NCBI GenBank assembly: GCA_045654845.1
Contig: JAZOOB010000044.1
Span: 1 to 39,233, forward strand
Direction of reading: 5' to 3'
Source of the DNA: Eubacteriales bacterium
GTDB taxonomy: Bacteria > Bacillota > Clostridia > Oscillospirales > CAG-272
Length of the DNA: 39,233 nucleotides
Shown: positions 26,124 to 34,407 of the stretch, in pieces
Layout: each line of letters begins with the position of its first letter
Position numbering within the stretch: the first letter of the stretch is position 1
Program-made: the position numbers and the translations under genes
The notes under the pieces: model-generated
The model's database searches: none
The model's input: only the letters and a program-made list of their open reading frames with translations
What the model was told of the DNA's origin: nothing

Positions 26124-27404
26124 ATGAGCAATTCAAGAGATACGATATGCGTACAGGGTGGCTACCGCCCCGAAAACGGTGAGCCCCGTCAGATTCCGAT
26201 AATTCAGAGCACTACCTTCCGCTATGAAACGAGTGAGGATATGGGAAAGCTCTTCGACCTTGAGGCGAGCGGATACTTCTATTCCCGTCTGCAGAATCCC
26301 ACCTGCGATACAGTCGCTAAAAAGATAGCGTTACTTGAGGGCGGCTCTGCTGCGATGCTTACCTCGTCGGGACAGGCGGCGAACTTCTACGCGGTGTTTA
26401 ATATAGCGACAAACGGCGACCACGTCGTAGCAAGCTCTGCTCTTTACGGCGGAACCTATAACCTTTTTGCCGTAACTATGAAGAAGATGGGCGTTGAATT
26501 TACCTTCATTTCCCCCGATTGCAGCGAAGAGGAGCTTGCCGATGCATTCCGTCCTAACACCAAGGCGGTATTTGGCGAGACCATTTCAAACCCCTCGCTC
26601 GACGTTCTCGACATAGAGAAATTCGCAAAGGCGGCGCACGCACACGGCGTACCGCTTATTATAGACAATACCTTCGCTACACCTATATTCTGCCGTCCTA
26701 TCGAATTCGGTGCAGATATAGTAACCCATTCGACCACTAAATATATGGACGGTCACGGCGCTTGCGTCGGTGGCTGTATCGTAGATTCGGGCAAGTTCGA
26801 CTGGATGGCAAACAAGGAGCGTTTCCCCGGTCTTACCACCCCCGACGATAGCTATCACGGCATAGTTTATGCCGAGAAGTTCGGTCTTGAGGGCGCGTTT
26901 ATTACGAAGGCGACGGCTCAGCTTATGAGAGATTTCGGCTCTTCGCCCTCACCTATGAGCGCATTCATTCTCAACTTGGGACTTGAGAGCCTTCACGTAA
27001 GAATGAAAAAGCATTCCGATAACGCTTTGGCGATAGCACAGTTCCTCTCTAATCACCCGAAGGTAAAATGGGTAAGATACCCCCGTCTTGAAGGTGACAA
27101 GGGCTACGAGCTTTCAAAGAAGTATATGCCCGAGGGCTCCTGCGGTGTTATAAGCTTCGCATTGGAGGGAGGAAGAGAGGCTGCCGAAAAGGTAATGAAG
27201 AGCCTTAAAATCGCGGCTATCGAAACCCACGTGGCAGACGCGCGTAGTTGCTGCCTGCACCCTGCAAACGCGACCCACAGACAGATGAACGACGAGGAAT
27301 TGGTAGCGGCGGGAATCACCCCCGACCTTATCCGTTATTCCTGCGGTCTTGAATCAGCCGAGGACTTGATTGCAGACCTTAGCGCAGCAATTGCGACGAT
27401 ATAA
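26124..27404 (+). CDS. metY: O-acetylhomoserine aminocarboxypropyltransferase (sulfhydrylase), PLP-dependent
   Basis: Cys/Met-metabolism PLP family: YSRLQNPT, HSTTKYMDGHG (PLP lysine) and RYSCGLE. Confidence 0.85.
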   Translation: MSNSRDTICVQGGYRPENGEPRQIPIIQSTTFRYETSEDMGKLFDLEASGYFYSRLQNPTCDTVAKKIALLEGGSAAMLTSSGQAANFYAVFNIATNGDHVVASSALYGGTYNLFAVTMKKMGVEFTFISPDCSEEELADAFRPNTKAVFGETISNPSLDVLDIEKFAKAAHAHGVPLIIDNTFATPIFCRPIEFGADIVTHSTTKYMDGHGACVGGCIVDSGKFDWMANKERFPGLTTPDDSYHGIVYAEKFGLEGAFITKATAQLMRDFGSSPSPMSAFILNLGLESLHVRMKKHSDNALAIAQFLSNHPKVKWVRYPRLEGDKGYELSKKYMPEGSCGVISFALEGGREAAEKVMKSLKIAAIETHVADARSCCLHPANATHRQMNDEELVAAGITPDLIRYSCGLESAEDLIADLSAAIATI

Positions 27405-27432
27405 GTAATAAAACCCGAGAAAAGAGATAATT

Positions 27433-28362
27433 ATGCCTATTAAGATACCAAACGACCTGCCCGCAGTCAAGATACTCGAGTCGGAAAACATATTCGTGAT
27501 GACCGAGCGACGCGCAATATCGCAGGATATTCGTCCTCTGAGGATTTTACTTTTAAATCTTATGCCGACGAAAATAGATACCGAAACGCAGTTTAGTAGA
27601 TTGCTCGGAAACACCCCCTTGCAGATAGAGCTCACTCTTATGCATACGGCGACTCACAAGGCGAAAAACACGTCAGAGGAGCATCTTTTAAACTTTTATT
27701 GCGAGTTTGAGAGCATAAAGGACGAGTATTTCGACGGTCTCGTAATTACGGGCGCGCCGGTTGAAAAGATGGCGTTTGAGGACGTTCAATATTGGGACGA
27801 GCTTTGCGAGATTCTTGAATGGAGTAAGACTCACGTTTTCAGCACCCTTTCGGTCTGCTGGGGCGCGCAGGCGAGCTTCTATTATTTCTATGGAATAGAC
27901 AAGCACCCGTTAGACGAAAAGCTTTTCGGTGTGTTTGAGCATAAGGTGGAGCACGCCGAGTCGAGACTTTTCCGCGGCTTTGACGATACCTTTATGGCAC
28001 CTCACTCAAGACATACCTACGTAAAGCGTGAAGATATAGAAGCATGTCCTAAGCTTCGAGTGCTTTCTTCGTCTGACGAAGCGGGCGTTTTCGTTATCGA
28101 GGACGAAAAGCACCGTCGCGTGTTCATCACAGGACACCCCGAATACGATGAAAGAACGCTTGAAAAGGAATATTTAAGAGATAAGAATTTAGGTCTTCCT
28201 ATCGCACCGCCGAAGAATTATTATCCTGGCGACGACGATACGAAGAAGCCTAACGTGAGCTGGAAGGCGCACGCGAATCTTTTGTATTCAAACTGGCTGA
28301 ACTACTACGTATATCAGACGACCCCGTACGATATAAAGGAAATAGTCAGCGAAGAGGAGTAA
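27433..28362 (+). CDS. metA: Homoserine O-acyltransferase (MetA family)
   Basis: [12 protein letters not shown]-terminus, LNLMP, ITGAP, VCWGAQ (active-site Cys) and GHPEYD. Confidence 0.88.
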   Translation: MPIKIPNDLPAVKILESENIFVMTERRAISQDIRPLRILLLNLMPTKIDTETQFSRLLGNTPLQIELTLMHTATHKAKNTSEEHLLNFYCEFESIKDEYFDGLVITGAPVEKMAFEDVQYWDELCEILEWSKTHVFSTLSVCWGAQASFYYFYGIDKHPLDEKLFGVFEHKVEHAESRLFRGFDDTFMAPHSRHTYVKREDIEACPKLRVLSSSDEAGVFVIEDEKHRRVFITGHPEYDERTLEKEYLRDKNLGLPIAPPKNYYPGDDDTKKPNVSWKAHANLLYSNWLNYYVYQTTPYDIKEIVSEEE

Positions 28363-28428
28363 AACCCCCGTTTTTTCGAGATTTTATAGGAAAAAACCTA
28401 AAAAAATTTGGAAAAACGCTTATTTCTC

Positions 28429-28457
28429 TTGACAAAATTGAAATACTGTGGTATACT
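28429..28457 (+). promoter_or_regulatory. Sigma-A promoter (extended -10) for T-box leader 1
   Basis: TTGACA, 17-bp spacer ending in TGTGG, TATACT. Confidence 0.7.
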
Positions 28458-28505
28458 ACCCACTGTAATTGTGGAAGTAGTTTATTTTCCATAAAACTCA
28501 ATAAA

Positions 28506-28757
28506 GGCTATGATAAAGACGGTGACCCTTACAGTGCGGCACAGAGAAACGGCGGTTGGTGAAAGCCGTAGCGCAAGAGGAGTTTACCTATCACTTTTGA
28601 GCCGGGAGCCCGAAAAATGCAGTAAGGCTTCACGAGAAGCGCAGCGTCAGTGCGTAGGAGTTGTTGGTCTCCGTGAGTGGCGACAAGGTCGCAATTTGAG
28701 TGGTACCGCGAGTGTATTTTCACCCGTCTCAAAGAATTTACTTTGAGGCGGTTTTTT
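28506..28757 (+). promoter_or_regulatory. T-box riboswitch leader 1; specifier read as AUC (Ile)
   Basis: Stem I K-turn halves GGC-UAU-GA (28506-28513) and GA-GCC (28599-28603). AGAGA bulge at 28543-28547. Distal loop GGUUGGUGAAAG. Specifier AUC at 28590-28592 followed by A. T-box sequence AATTTGAGTGGTACCGCG at 28693-28710. Terminator CCGTCTCAAAG-aattta-CTTTGAGGCGG plus T6 at 28724-28757, whose 5' arm can alternatively pair with the T-box TTTGAG. Confidence 0.88.
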
Positions 28758-28814
28758 ATTTGACCTGCTTCAAGGACAGTTGGATACCGAAAAACGGCAA
28801 AACAGGAGGTTACT

Positions 28815-31079
28815 ATGTCAAAAGAAACGAAGAATAAGCTTTTAGAGGTCGCGCAGCGTATAAAGGAAATGCGAGAGATAGACGGCATTTCCGTCGAAGA
28901 AATGGCGCGCAAGACCGAGGTTAAATTAGAAGAATATTTAGAGTATGAGGCAGCAAAAAAGGATTTCCCCTTTACCTTTATACATAAATGTGCGCTTGCG
29001 TTCGGTATAGGAATTACCGACCTTCTCGAAGGACAGAGTGCATCGCTTTCCTCTTATACCGTAACGCGCAAGGGCGACGGTCAGCAGACAGCGAAGGAGG
29101 ACGGCATCGAGATAACGAACTTAGCGCCCCTTTTCAGAAAGAAGATAGCAGAGCCCTATTGGGTAAAATATGAATATGACGAGAAGCTTCAAGACCAGCC
29201 TATAACCCTTGCTACCCACTCGGGACAGGAGTTTGACCTTATAATGAAGGGACGCTTAAAGGTGCAGATAGGCGACCACGTGGAATATCTTGAAGAGGGC
29301 GACAGTATCTACTATAACAGTGCGACGCCTCACGGAATGGTAGCCGTTGGCGGTGAGGACTGTCTTTTCGTCGCAGTCGTCTTGCCGGGAGATTCTACCT
29401 CGGAAACAGTGACGAGAGCCACACTTTCTAAAAACACCGAAAAGACCGAGCTTGTAAGCTCGAGCTTTATAAAGACCGAAGAGGACGAAAACGGAACTCT
29501 TACGAAAATAGATTTCGAAAATGAGGATAATTTCAACTTTGCATTCGACATAGTCGACGAGATAGCGAAGAAGAATCCCTCGAAGCTCGCTATGCTTCAC
29601 ATCGATAAAAACGGAGTAGAGCGTCGCTTCACCTTCCGCGATATGAAGCGCGCGTCTAATATGACGGCAAACTATTTTAAATCGCTCGGCATTAAGAAGG
29701 GCGACAAGGTAATGCTCGTTTTAAAGCGTCATTACCAGTTCTGGTTTGCGATCCTCGGACTTCACAAGCTCGGCGCCGTCGCTATCCCTGCGACCAATCT
29801 TTTGCAGGAGCACGACTTCGACTATCGCTTCAAGGCGGGTGAGGTCAGCGCTATCGTATGTACAGCAGACGGAGACGTCGCGCGTCAGGTAGAGCTCGCA
29901 GAAAAGAACGGACACACCTTAAAGCATAAGATACTTGTCGGTGGCAAGAGAGAGGGCTGGCACGATTATAACGAGGAATACTCTATGTATAGTGCCCACT
30001 TCTACCGAGACGAGAACACCGCTTGCGGAAACGATCCCTTGCTTATGTTCTTTACGTCGGGCACGACGGGTTATCCAAAGATAGCCGTACACAATCACAA
30101 ATATCCCTTGGGACATTACATAACCGCGAAATATTGGCACGGAGTACATGAAAACGGACTTCATTTCACGATTTCCGAGACCGGCTGGGGTAAAGCCCTT
30201 TGGGGTAAGCTCTACGGACAGTGGCTCTGCGAGGGTGCGGTGTTCACCTACGACTTCGACCGCTTTAACGCAGCGGAGATACTTCCGATGTTCGCAAAGT
30301 ATAATATAACTACCTTCTGCGCACCCCCCACTATGCTCAGAATGCTCGTAAAAGAGGACATCTCGCAGTACGACCTTTCCTCTATCAAGCATATGACCAC
30401 GGCAGGCGAGGCGCTTAATCCCGAGGTATTCCGTCAATTCCAGCAGACGACAGGTCTTTCTATTATGGAGGGCTTCGGACAGACCGAAATGACGCTTGCT
30501 ATCGCAAACCTTATGGGTAGCACCTGTAAGCTCGGCTCTATGGGTAAGGCAGTACCGCTTTACGACATAAAGCTTCTCGACCCCGACGGAAACGAGGTCG
30601 CCCCCGGACAGACGGGAGAAATCGTTATAAGAACCGACGAAAAGATACCCTGCGGACTTTTCTCCGGCTATTACGGAGACAAGGCGAAGACCGACGAGGC
30701 TTGGTACGACGGATATTACCATACCGGTGATACCGCTTGGCGCGACGAGGACGGCTTCTTCTTCTATGTAGGTCGTGCAGACGACGTAATCAAGTCGTCG
30801 GGCTACCGTATCGGTCCGTTTGAAATAGAGAGTGTAATTATGGAGCTTCCTTACGTGCTTGAATGTGGAGTTTCCGCTGCACCCGACGAGGTAAGAGGTC
30901 AGGTGGTAAAGGCGAGCGTCGTGCTCGTCAAGGGCGTAGAGCCGACAGAAGAGCTTAAAAAGGATATTCAGAATTACGTCAAGGAGCATACTGCCCCCTA
31001 TAAGTATCCGAGAATAGTCGAGTTCCGAACCGAGCTTCCCAAGACTATAAGCGGAAAGATACAAAGAAACAAGCTCTGA
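28815..31079 (+). CDS. Fusion protein: N-terminal XRE HTH + cupin, C-terminal AMP-forming (medium/short-chain) acyl-CoA ligase; 754 aa
   Basis: HTH (LLEVAQRIKEMREIDGISVEEMARKT). Cupin (THSGQEFDLIMKGRLKVQIGDHVEYLEEGDSIYYNSATPHG). Adenylate-forming motifs FFTSGTTGYPK, YHTGDTAWRDEDGFFFYVGRADDVIKSSGYRIGPFEIE and PKTISGKIQR. RBS AGGAGG. Confidence 0.85.
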   Translation: MSKETKNKLLEVAQRIKEMREIDGISVEEMARKTEVKLEEYLEYEAAKKDFPFTFIHKCALAFGIGITDLLEGQSASLSSYTVTRKGDGQQTAKEDGIEITNLAPLFRKKIAEPYWVKYEYDEKLQDQPITLATHSGQEFDLIMKGRLKVQIGDHVEYLEEGDSIYYNSATPHGMVAVGGEDCLFVAVVLPGDSTSETVTRATLSKNTEKTELVSSSFIKTEEDENGTLTKIDFENEDNFNFAFDIVDEIAKKNPSKLAMLHIDKNGVERRFTFRDMKRASNMTANYFKSLGIKKGDKVMLVLKRHYQFWFAILGLHKLGAVAIPATNLLQEHDFDYRFKAGEVSAIVCTADGDVARQVELAEKNGHTLKHKILVGGKREGWHDYNEEYSMYSAHFYRDENTACGNDPLLMFFTSGTTGYPKIAVHNHKYPLGHYITAKYWHGVHENGLHFTISETGWGKALWGKLYGQWLCEGAVFTYDFDRFNAAEILPMFAKYNITTFCAPPTMLRMLVKEDISQYDLSSIKHMTTAGEALNPEVFRQFQQTTGLSIMEGFGQTEMTLAIANLMGSTCKLGSMGKAVPLYDIKLLDPDGNEVAPGQTGEIVIRTDEKIPCGLFSGYYGDKAKTDEAWYDGYYHTGDTAWRDEDGFFFYVGRADDVIKSSGYRIGPFEIESVIMELPYVLECGVSAAPDEVRGQVVKASVVLVKGVEPTEELKKDIQNYVKEHTAPYKYPRIVEFRTELPKTISGKIQRNKL

Positions 31080-31123
31080 TAAAAGGGAAAAGCATAAATT
31101 TTCGCTTTTTTGACAAAAAGATA

Positions 31124-31152
31124 TTGACAAATGCTTTGAGAAATGATAAAAT
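31124..31152 (+). promoter_or_regulatory. Sigma-A promoter for T-box leader 2
   Basis: TTGACA, 17-bp spacer, TAAAAT. Confidence 0.6.
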
Positions 31153-31163
31153 AACCGCATAAA

Positions 31164-31421
31164 AGCTTTGACGAAGAGGACGAAGGCTTGCGTTTTTGCA
31201 GAGAGACGGGATTGCTGTGAACCGTTAAAACAGAACCTTACGTTGTAACTTCCGAGCTGAGAGGAAGAAAGAGAAATTGAGTAGACCCTCTCCGAAAAAC
31301 GTAGCGTTAGTACGGAAAAGGTTGATAGACCTTGAGTGGCGACGGAGTCGCAATTTGAGTGGTACCGCGGGTTAGTTTTTACGGCTCGTCTCAAAGTATT
31401 ATCTTTGGGACGAGCTTTTTT
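31164..31421 (+). promoter_or_regulatory. T-box riboswitch leader 2; specifier read as GUA (Val)
   Basis: K-turn halves AGC-UUU-GA (31164-31171) and GA-GCU (31254-31258). AGAGAG bulge at about 31199-31204. Specifier GUA at 31245-31247 followed by A. F-box-like GCGTTAGTA. T-box AATTTGAGTGGTACCGCG at 31352-31369. Terminator GCTCGTCTCAAAG-tattat-CTTTGGGACGAGC plus T6 at 31384-31421. Confidence 0.88.
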
Positions 31422-31443
31422 GTCCTAAAAAGGAGAAAACGAA

Positions 31444-33729
31444 ATGGAAAAAATAACTGCTCTTGATCTTAAAATTCAAGAGATGGCTAATCGAATAAAG
31501 GAGCTTCGCGAGATTCAGGGACTCAGTGTTTCTGAAATGGCTATTAAAACGAACGTGTCTGAGGTCGAGTACCTTGCCTGTGAAAACGGACAGTCCGACT
31601 TAAACTTCGCGTTCATTTATCGCTGCGCGCAGGCTTTTGGCGTCGACGTCACCGATATTATCGAGGGTAAGAGCCCGACGCTTAAATCCTACACGCTCAC
31701 AAGAGCAGGTGCAGGACAGAGAATAGAGGAAGCGCACGGAATGACCTATTTCAACCTTGCACCTTCCTTTAAAAACAGAATTGCAGAGCCTCTTTTTGTA
31801 CGCAGCAGATACAATCCCGACTCTCAGAACAAGGATATTGAGCTGACCACACACGTAGGTCAGGAGTGCGATATCGTAGTAGAGGGAAGACTGAAGGTAC
31901 AGATAGGCGAGCATCAGGAGATACTCGGCCCCGGCGATAGCATTTACTACGACTCTTCGACGCCTCACGGTATGATAGCCGTAGACGGACAGGACTGTGC
32001 ATTCTACGCCTTCGTGCTTAACCCCACAGGCGAGGACGTCCCCGAATTTACTCATCAGAAGAGAACGGTCGTTATAAAGGCGAAAAAGGACGAGGGCGAA
32101 AGAGTATATAAGCGCTTTATCGAAACCGAGGAAAACGAAAACGGAACGCCTACCTCGATAAAGTTCAAGAATATAGACAAATTCAATTTTGCATACGATA
32201 TATTAGACGAGATAGCGAAAAAAGACCCCGACAAGCTTGCGCTTTTACATATATCAAACGATAAAAAGGAAAGTCGCTTCAGCTTTTCGGATATTAAAAA
32301 GTATTCCTGCCGCGCGGCGAACTATTTCCGTTCACTCGGTATCAAGCGCGGAGACAAGGTAATGCTCGTTTTGGGCAGACACTATCAGTTCTGGTTTGCT
32401 ATGCTCGGTCTTAACAGAATAGGCGCGATAGGAATTCCCGCGATGAATCAGTTGCTCGATCACGACTTCGAGTACCGCTTCAACAAGGCGGGTGTAAGCG
32501 CAATTATATGTACAGCGAAGGGCGCTGTCACCGAGCAGGTAGACATTGCGGCGAAGAAATGCCCGCAGCTTTTACATAAGATAATAGTTGGTGGCGAGCG
32601 CGAGGGCTGGCGCAACTTTGACGAGGAATGCGCACTCTTCAGTACTCACTTTGAAAGAACAGAGAATACGGCAGGCGGAGACGACACGATGCTGATGTTC
32701 TTCACCTCGGGTACGACGGGTTATCCCAAGATAGCCGCACACAATTACAAATATGCACTCGGACACTTCCATACAGCGAAGTATTGGCATAACGTAGATC
32801 CCGACGGACTTCACTTCACGATTTCCGACACAGGCTGGGCGAAGGCTATGTGGGGTAAATTCTACGGTCAGTGGCTCTGCGAGAGTGCGACGTTCGTATA
32901 CGACTTTGACCGCTTTAACGCGAGCGACATTCTTCCTATGTTCGCAAAATATAATATAACGACCTTCTGCGCGCCCCCCACGATGCTCAGAATGCTTATA
33001 AAAGAGGATATTTCGAAATACGACCTTTCCTCTGTCAAGCATATGACGACAGCGGGCGAAGCGCTCAACCCCGAGGTCTACCGTCAGTTCGAGCAGGCGA
33101 CGGGCTTGCAGATACTCGAGGGCTTCGGACAGTCGGAAAGCACGATGATGATAGGAAATATGACGGGCGCGCCGCATAAGATCGGCTCTATGGGTAAGCC
33201 TGCACCTATCTATGATATTGAGCTTATTGATCCCGAAGGAAATCCCGTTCCCGTCGGTGAAACGGGTGAAATCGTCGTAAATATTAAAGAAGGCTCGCCT
33301 TGTGGCTTGTTTACCGAATATTATGGCGATCCCGATAAGACGCTGGAGGCGCGACACGACGGATATTACCACACAGGCGATACCGCTTGGCGCGATGAGG
33401 ACGGATTCTTCTGGTACGTAGGTAGAGTGGTCGACGTAATCAAGTCGTCGGGCTACCGCATAGGTCCTTTTGAAATAGAGAGCGTAATTATGGAGCTTCC
33501 TTACGTACTCGAGTGTGGAGTTTCTGCCGCACCCGACGAGGTAAGAGGTCAGGTCGTAAAGGCGAGTATCGTGCTTGTAAACGGTACAGAGCCGACAGAG
33601 GAGCTGAAAAAGGAAATTCAGGAATACGTAAAGACGCACACCGCGCCCTATAAGTATCCGAGAATAGTAATCTTCCGTGACTCGCTTCCCAAGACCGCGA
33701 GTGGAAAGATACAGCGCAATCTCTTGTAA
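31444..33729 (+). CDS. Paralogous fusion protein: XRE HTH + cupin + AMP-forming acyl-CoA ligase; 761 aa
   Basis: Same architecture as 28815..31079. Long identical peptide runs (MFFTSGTTGYPKIA, MFAKYNITTFCAPPTMLRML, VIKSSGYRIGPFEIESVIMELPYVLECGVSAAPDEVRGQVVKAS). RBS AGGAG. Confidence 0.85.
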   Translation: MEKITALDLKIQEMANRIKELREIQGLSVSEMAIKTNVSEVEYLACENGQSDLNFAFIYRCAQAFGVDVTDIIEGKSPTLKSYTLTRAGAGQRIEEAHGMTYFNLAPSFKNRIAEPLFVRSRYNPDSQNKDIELTTHVGQECDIVVEGRLKVQIGEHQEILGPGDSIYYDSSTPHGMIAVDGQDCAFYAFVLNPTGEDVPEFTHQKRTVVIKAKKDEGERVYKRFIETEENENGTPTSIKFKNIDKFNFAYDILDEIAKKDPDKLALLHISNDKKESRFSFSDIKKYSCRAANYFRSLGIKRGDKVMLVLGRHYQFWFAMLGLNRIGAIGIPAMNQLLDHDFEYRFNKAGVSAIICTAKGAVTEQVDIAAKKCPQLLHKIIVGGEREGWRNFDEECALFSTHFERTENTAGGDDTMLMFFTSGTTGYPKIAAHNYKYALGHFHTAKYWHNVDPDGLHFTISDTGWAKAMWGKFYGQWLCESATFVYDFDRFNASDILPMFAKYNITTFCAPPTMLRMLIKEDISKYDLSSVKHMTTAGEALNPEVYRQFEQATGLQILEGFGQSESTMMIGNMTGAPHKIGSMGKPAPIYDIELIDPEGNPVPVGETGEIVVNIKEGSPCGLFTEYYGDPDKTLEARHDGYYHTGDTAWRDEDGFFWYVGRVVDVIKSSGYRIGPFEIESVIMELPYVLECGVSAAPDEVRGQVVKASIVLVNGTEPTEELKKEIQEYVKTHTAPYKYPRIVIFRDSLPKTASGKIQRNLL

Positions 33730-33738
33730 GGATAAAAA

Positions 33739-34395
33739 ATGAAGGATAAAAGAATTACCATACTGTCGGGACATTACGGCAGTGGAAAAACGAATATAGC
33801 GGTAAATATCGCACTCGACCTGAAAAAAAGGCACGAGAAGGTGGCGGTCGCCGACATAGATATAGTAAATCCCTATTTCAGAACCAAGGATAGCGAGGAG
33901 CTTTTTAAAAGAGAGGGAATAAGGCTTATCTGCTCGGAATACGCAAACACAAACGTCGATATTCCCGCACTACCGCAAGAAATGTACGCGGTGACAGACG
34001 ACAAGTCGCTTTATGCAGTGCTTGACGTAGGAGGAGATGAACGAGGCGCTCTCGCGCTCGGACGAATTTCCCCCGCTATCGCAAAGGAAGACGACTACGA
34101 GATGATATACGTGGTGAACTTCTACCGCCCGTTGACACAGGACGTAGACAGCGCTATCGAGGTCATGCGCGAAATAGAATACGCTTGTAAACTAAAGTTT
34201 ACTTCGATAATCAACAACTCAAATCTGGGGGCAGAGACCGATTCGGAGGATATTATAAAATCTCTTTCGAAGGCAGAAGCGCTTTCAGAAAAAACGGGAC
34301 TTCCGCTTCTTTATACGACGGTGAAGAAAATGACACCCGAGCTTGAAGGCAGAGAAGAGGATTTTCGAGCTATTTCATTACAGAAACATATGTAA
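33739..34395 (+). CDS. Uncharacterised P-loop NTPase (SIMIBI/G3E-like), 218 aa
   Basis: Walker A GHYGSGKT, a Walker-B/switch-like VLDVGGDERG, and IINNSNLG where G3E GTPases carry NKxD. The start lies 9 nt after the stop of the upstream ligase. Confidence 0.6.
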   Translation: MKDKRITILSGHYGSGKTNIAVNIALDLKKRHEKVAVADIDIVNPYFRTKDSEELFKREGIRLICSEYANTNVDIPALPQEMYAVTDDKSLYAVLDVGGDERGALALGRISPAIAKEDDYEMIYVVNFYRPLTQDVDSAIEVMREIEYACKLKFTSIINNSNLGAETDSEDIIKSLSKAEALSEKTGLPLLYTTVKKMTPELEGREEDFRAISLQKHM

Positions 34396-34407
34396 AGGAG
34401 ATATAAA

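Noticed and set aside
28815-33729. Tandem duplicated ~2.6-kb units as a mobile element or IS-mediated insertion
   Set aside because: There are no transposase or integrase genes, no terminal inverted repeats and no target-site duplications. Both copies are intact metabolic genes with their own leaders, which points to ordinary tandem gene duplication.
29919-33834. Two long minus-strand ORFs (29919..31394, 491 aa; 32572..33834, 420 aa)
   Set aside because: They are antisense to the two acyl-CoA ligase genes, whose motifs are unambiguous. The first also runs through the T-box 2 leader and its promoter. The pair exists only because the + strand genes are paralogs with the same codon bias.
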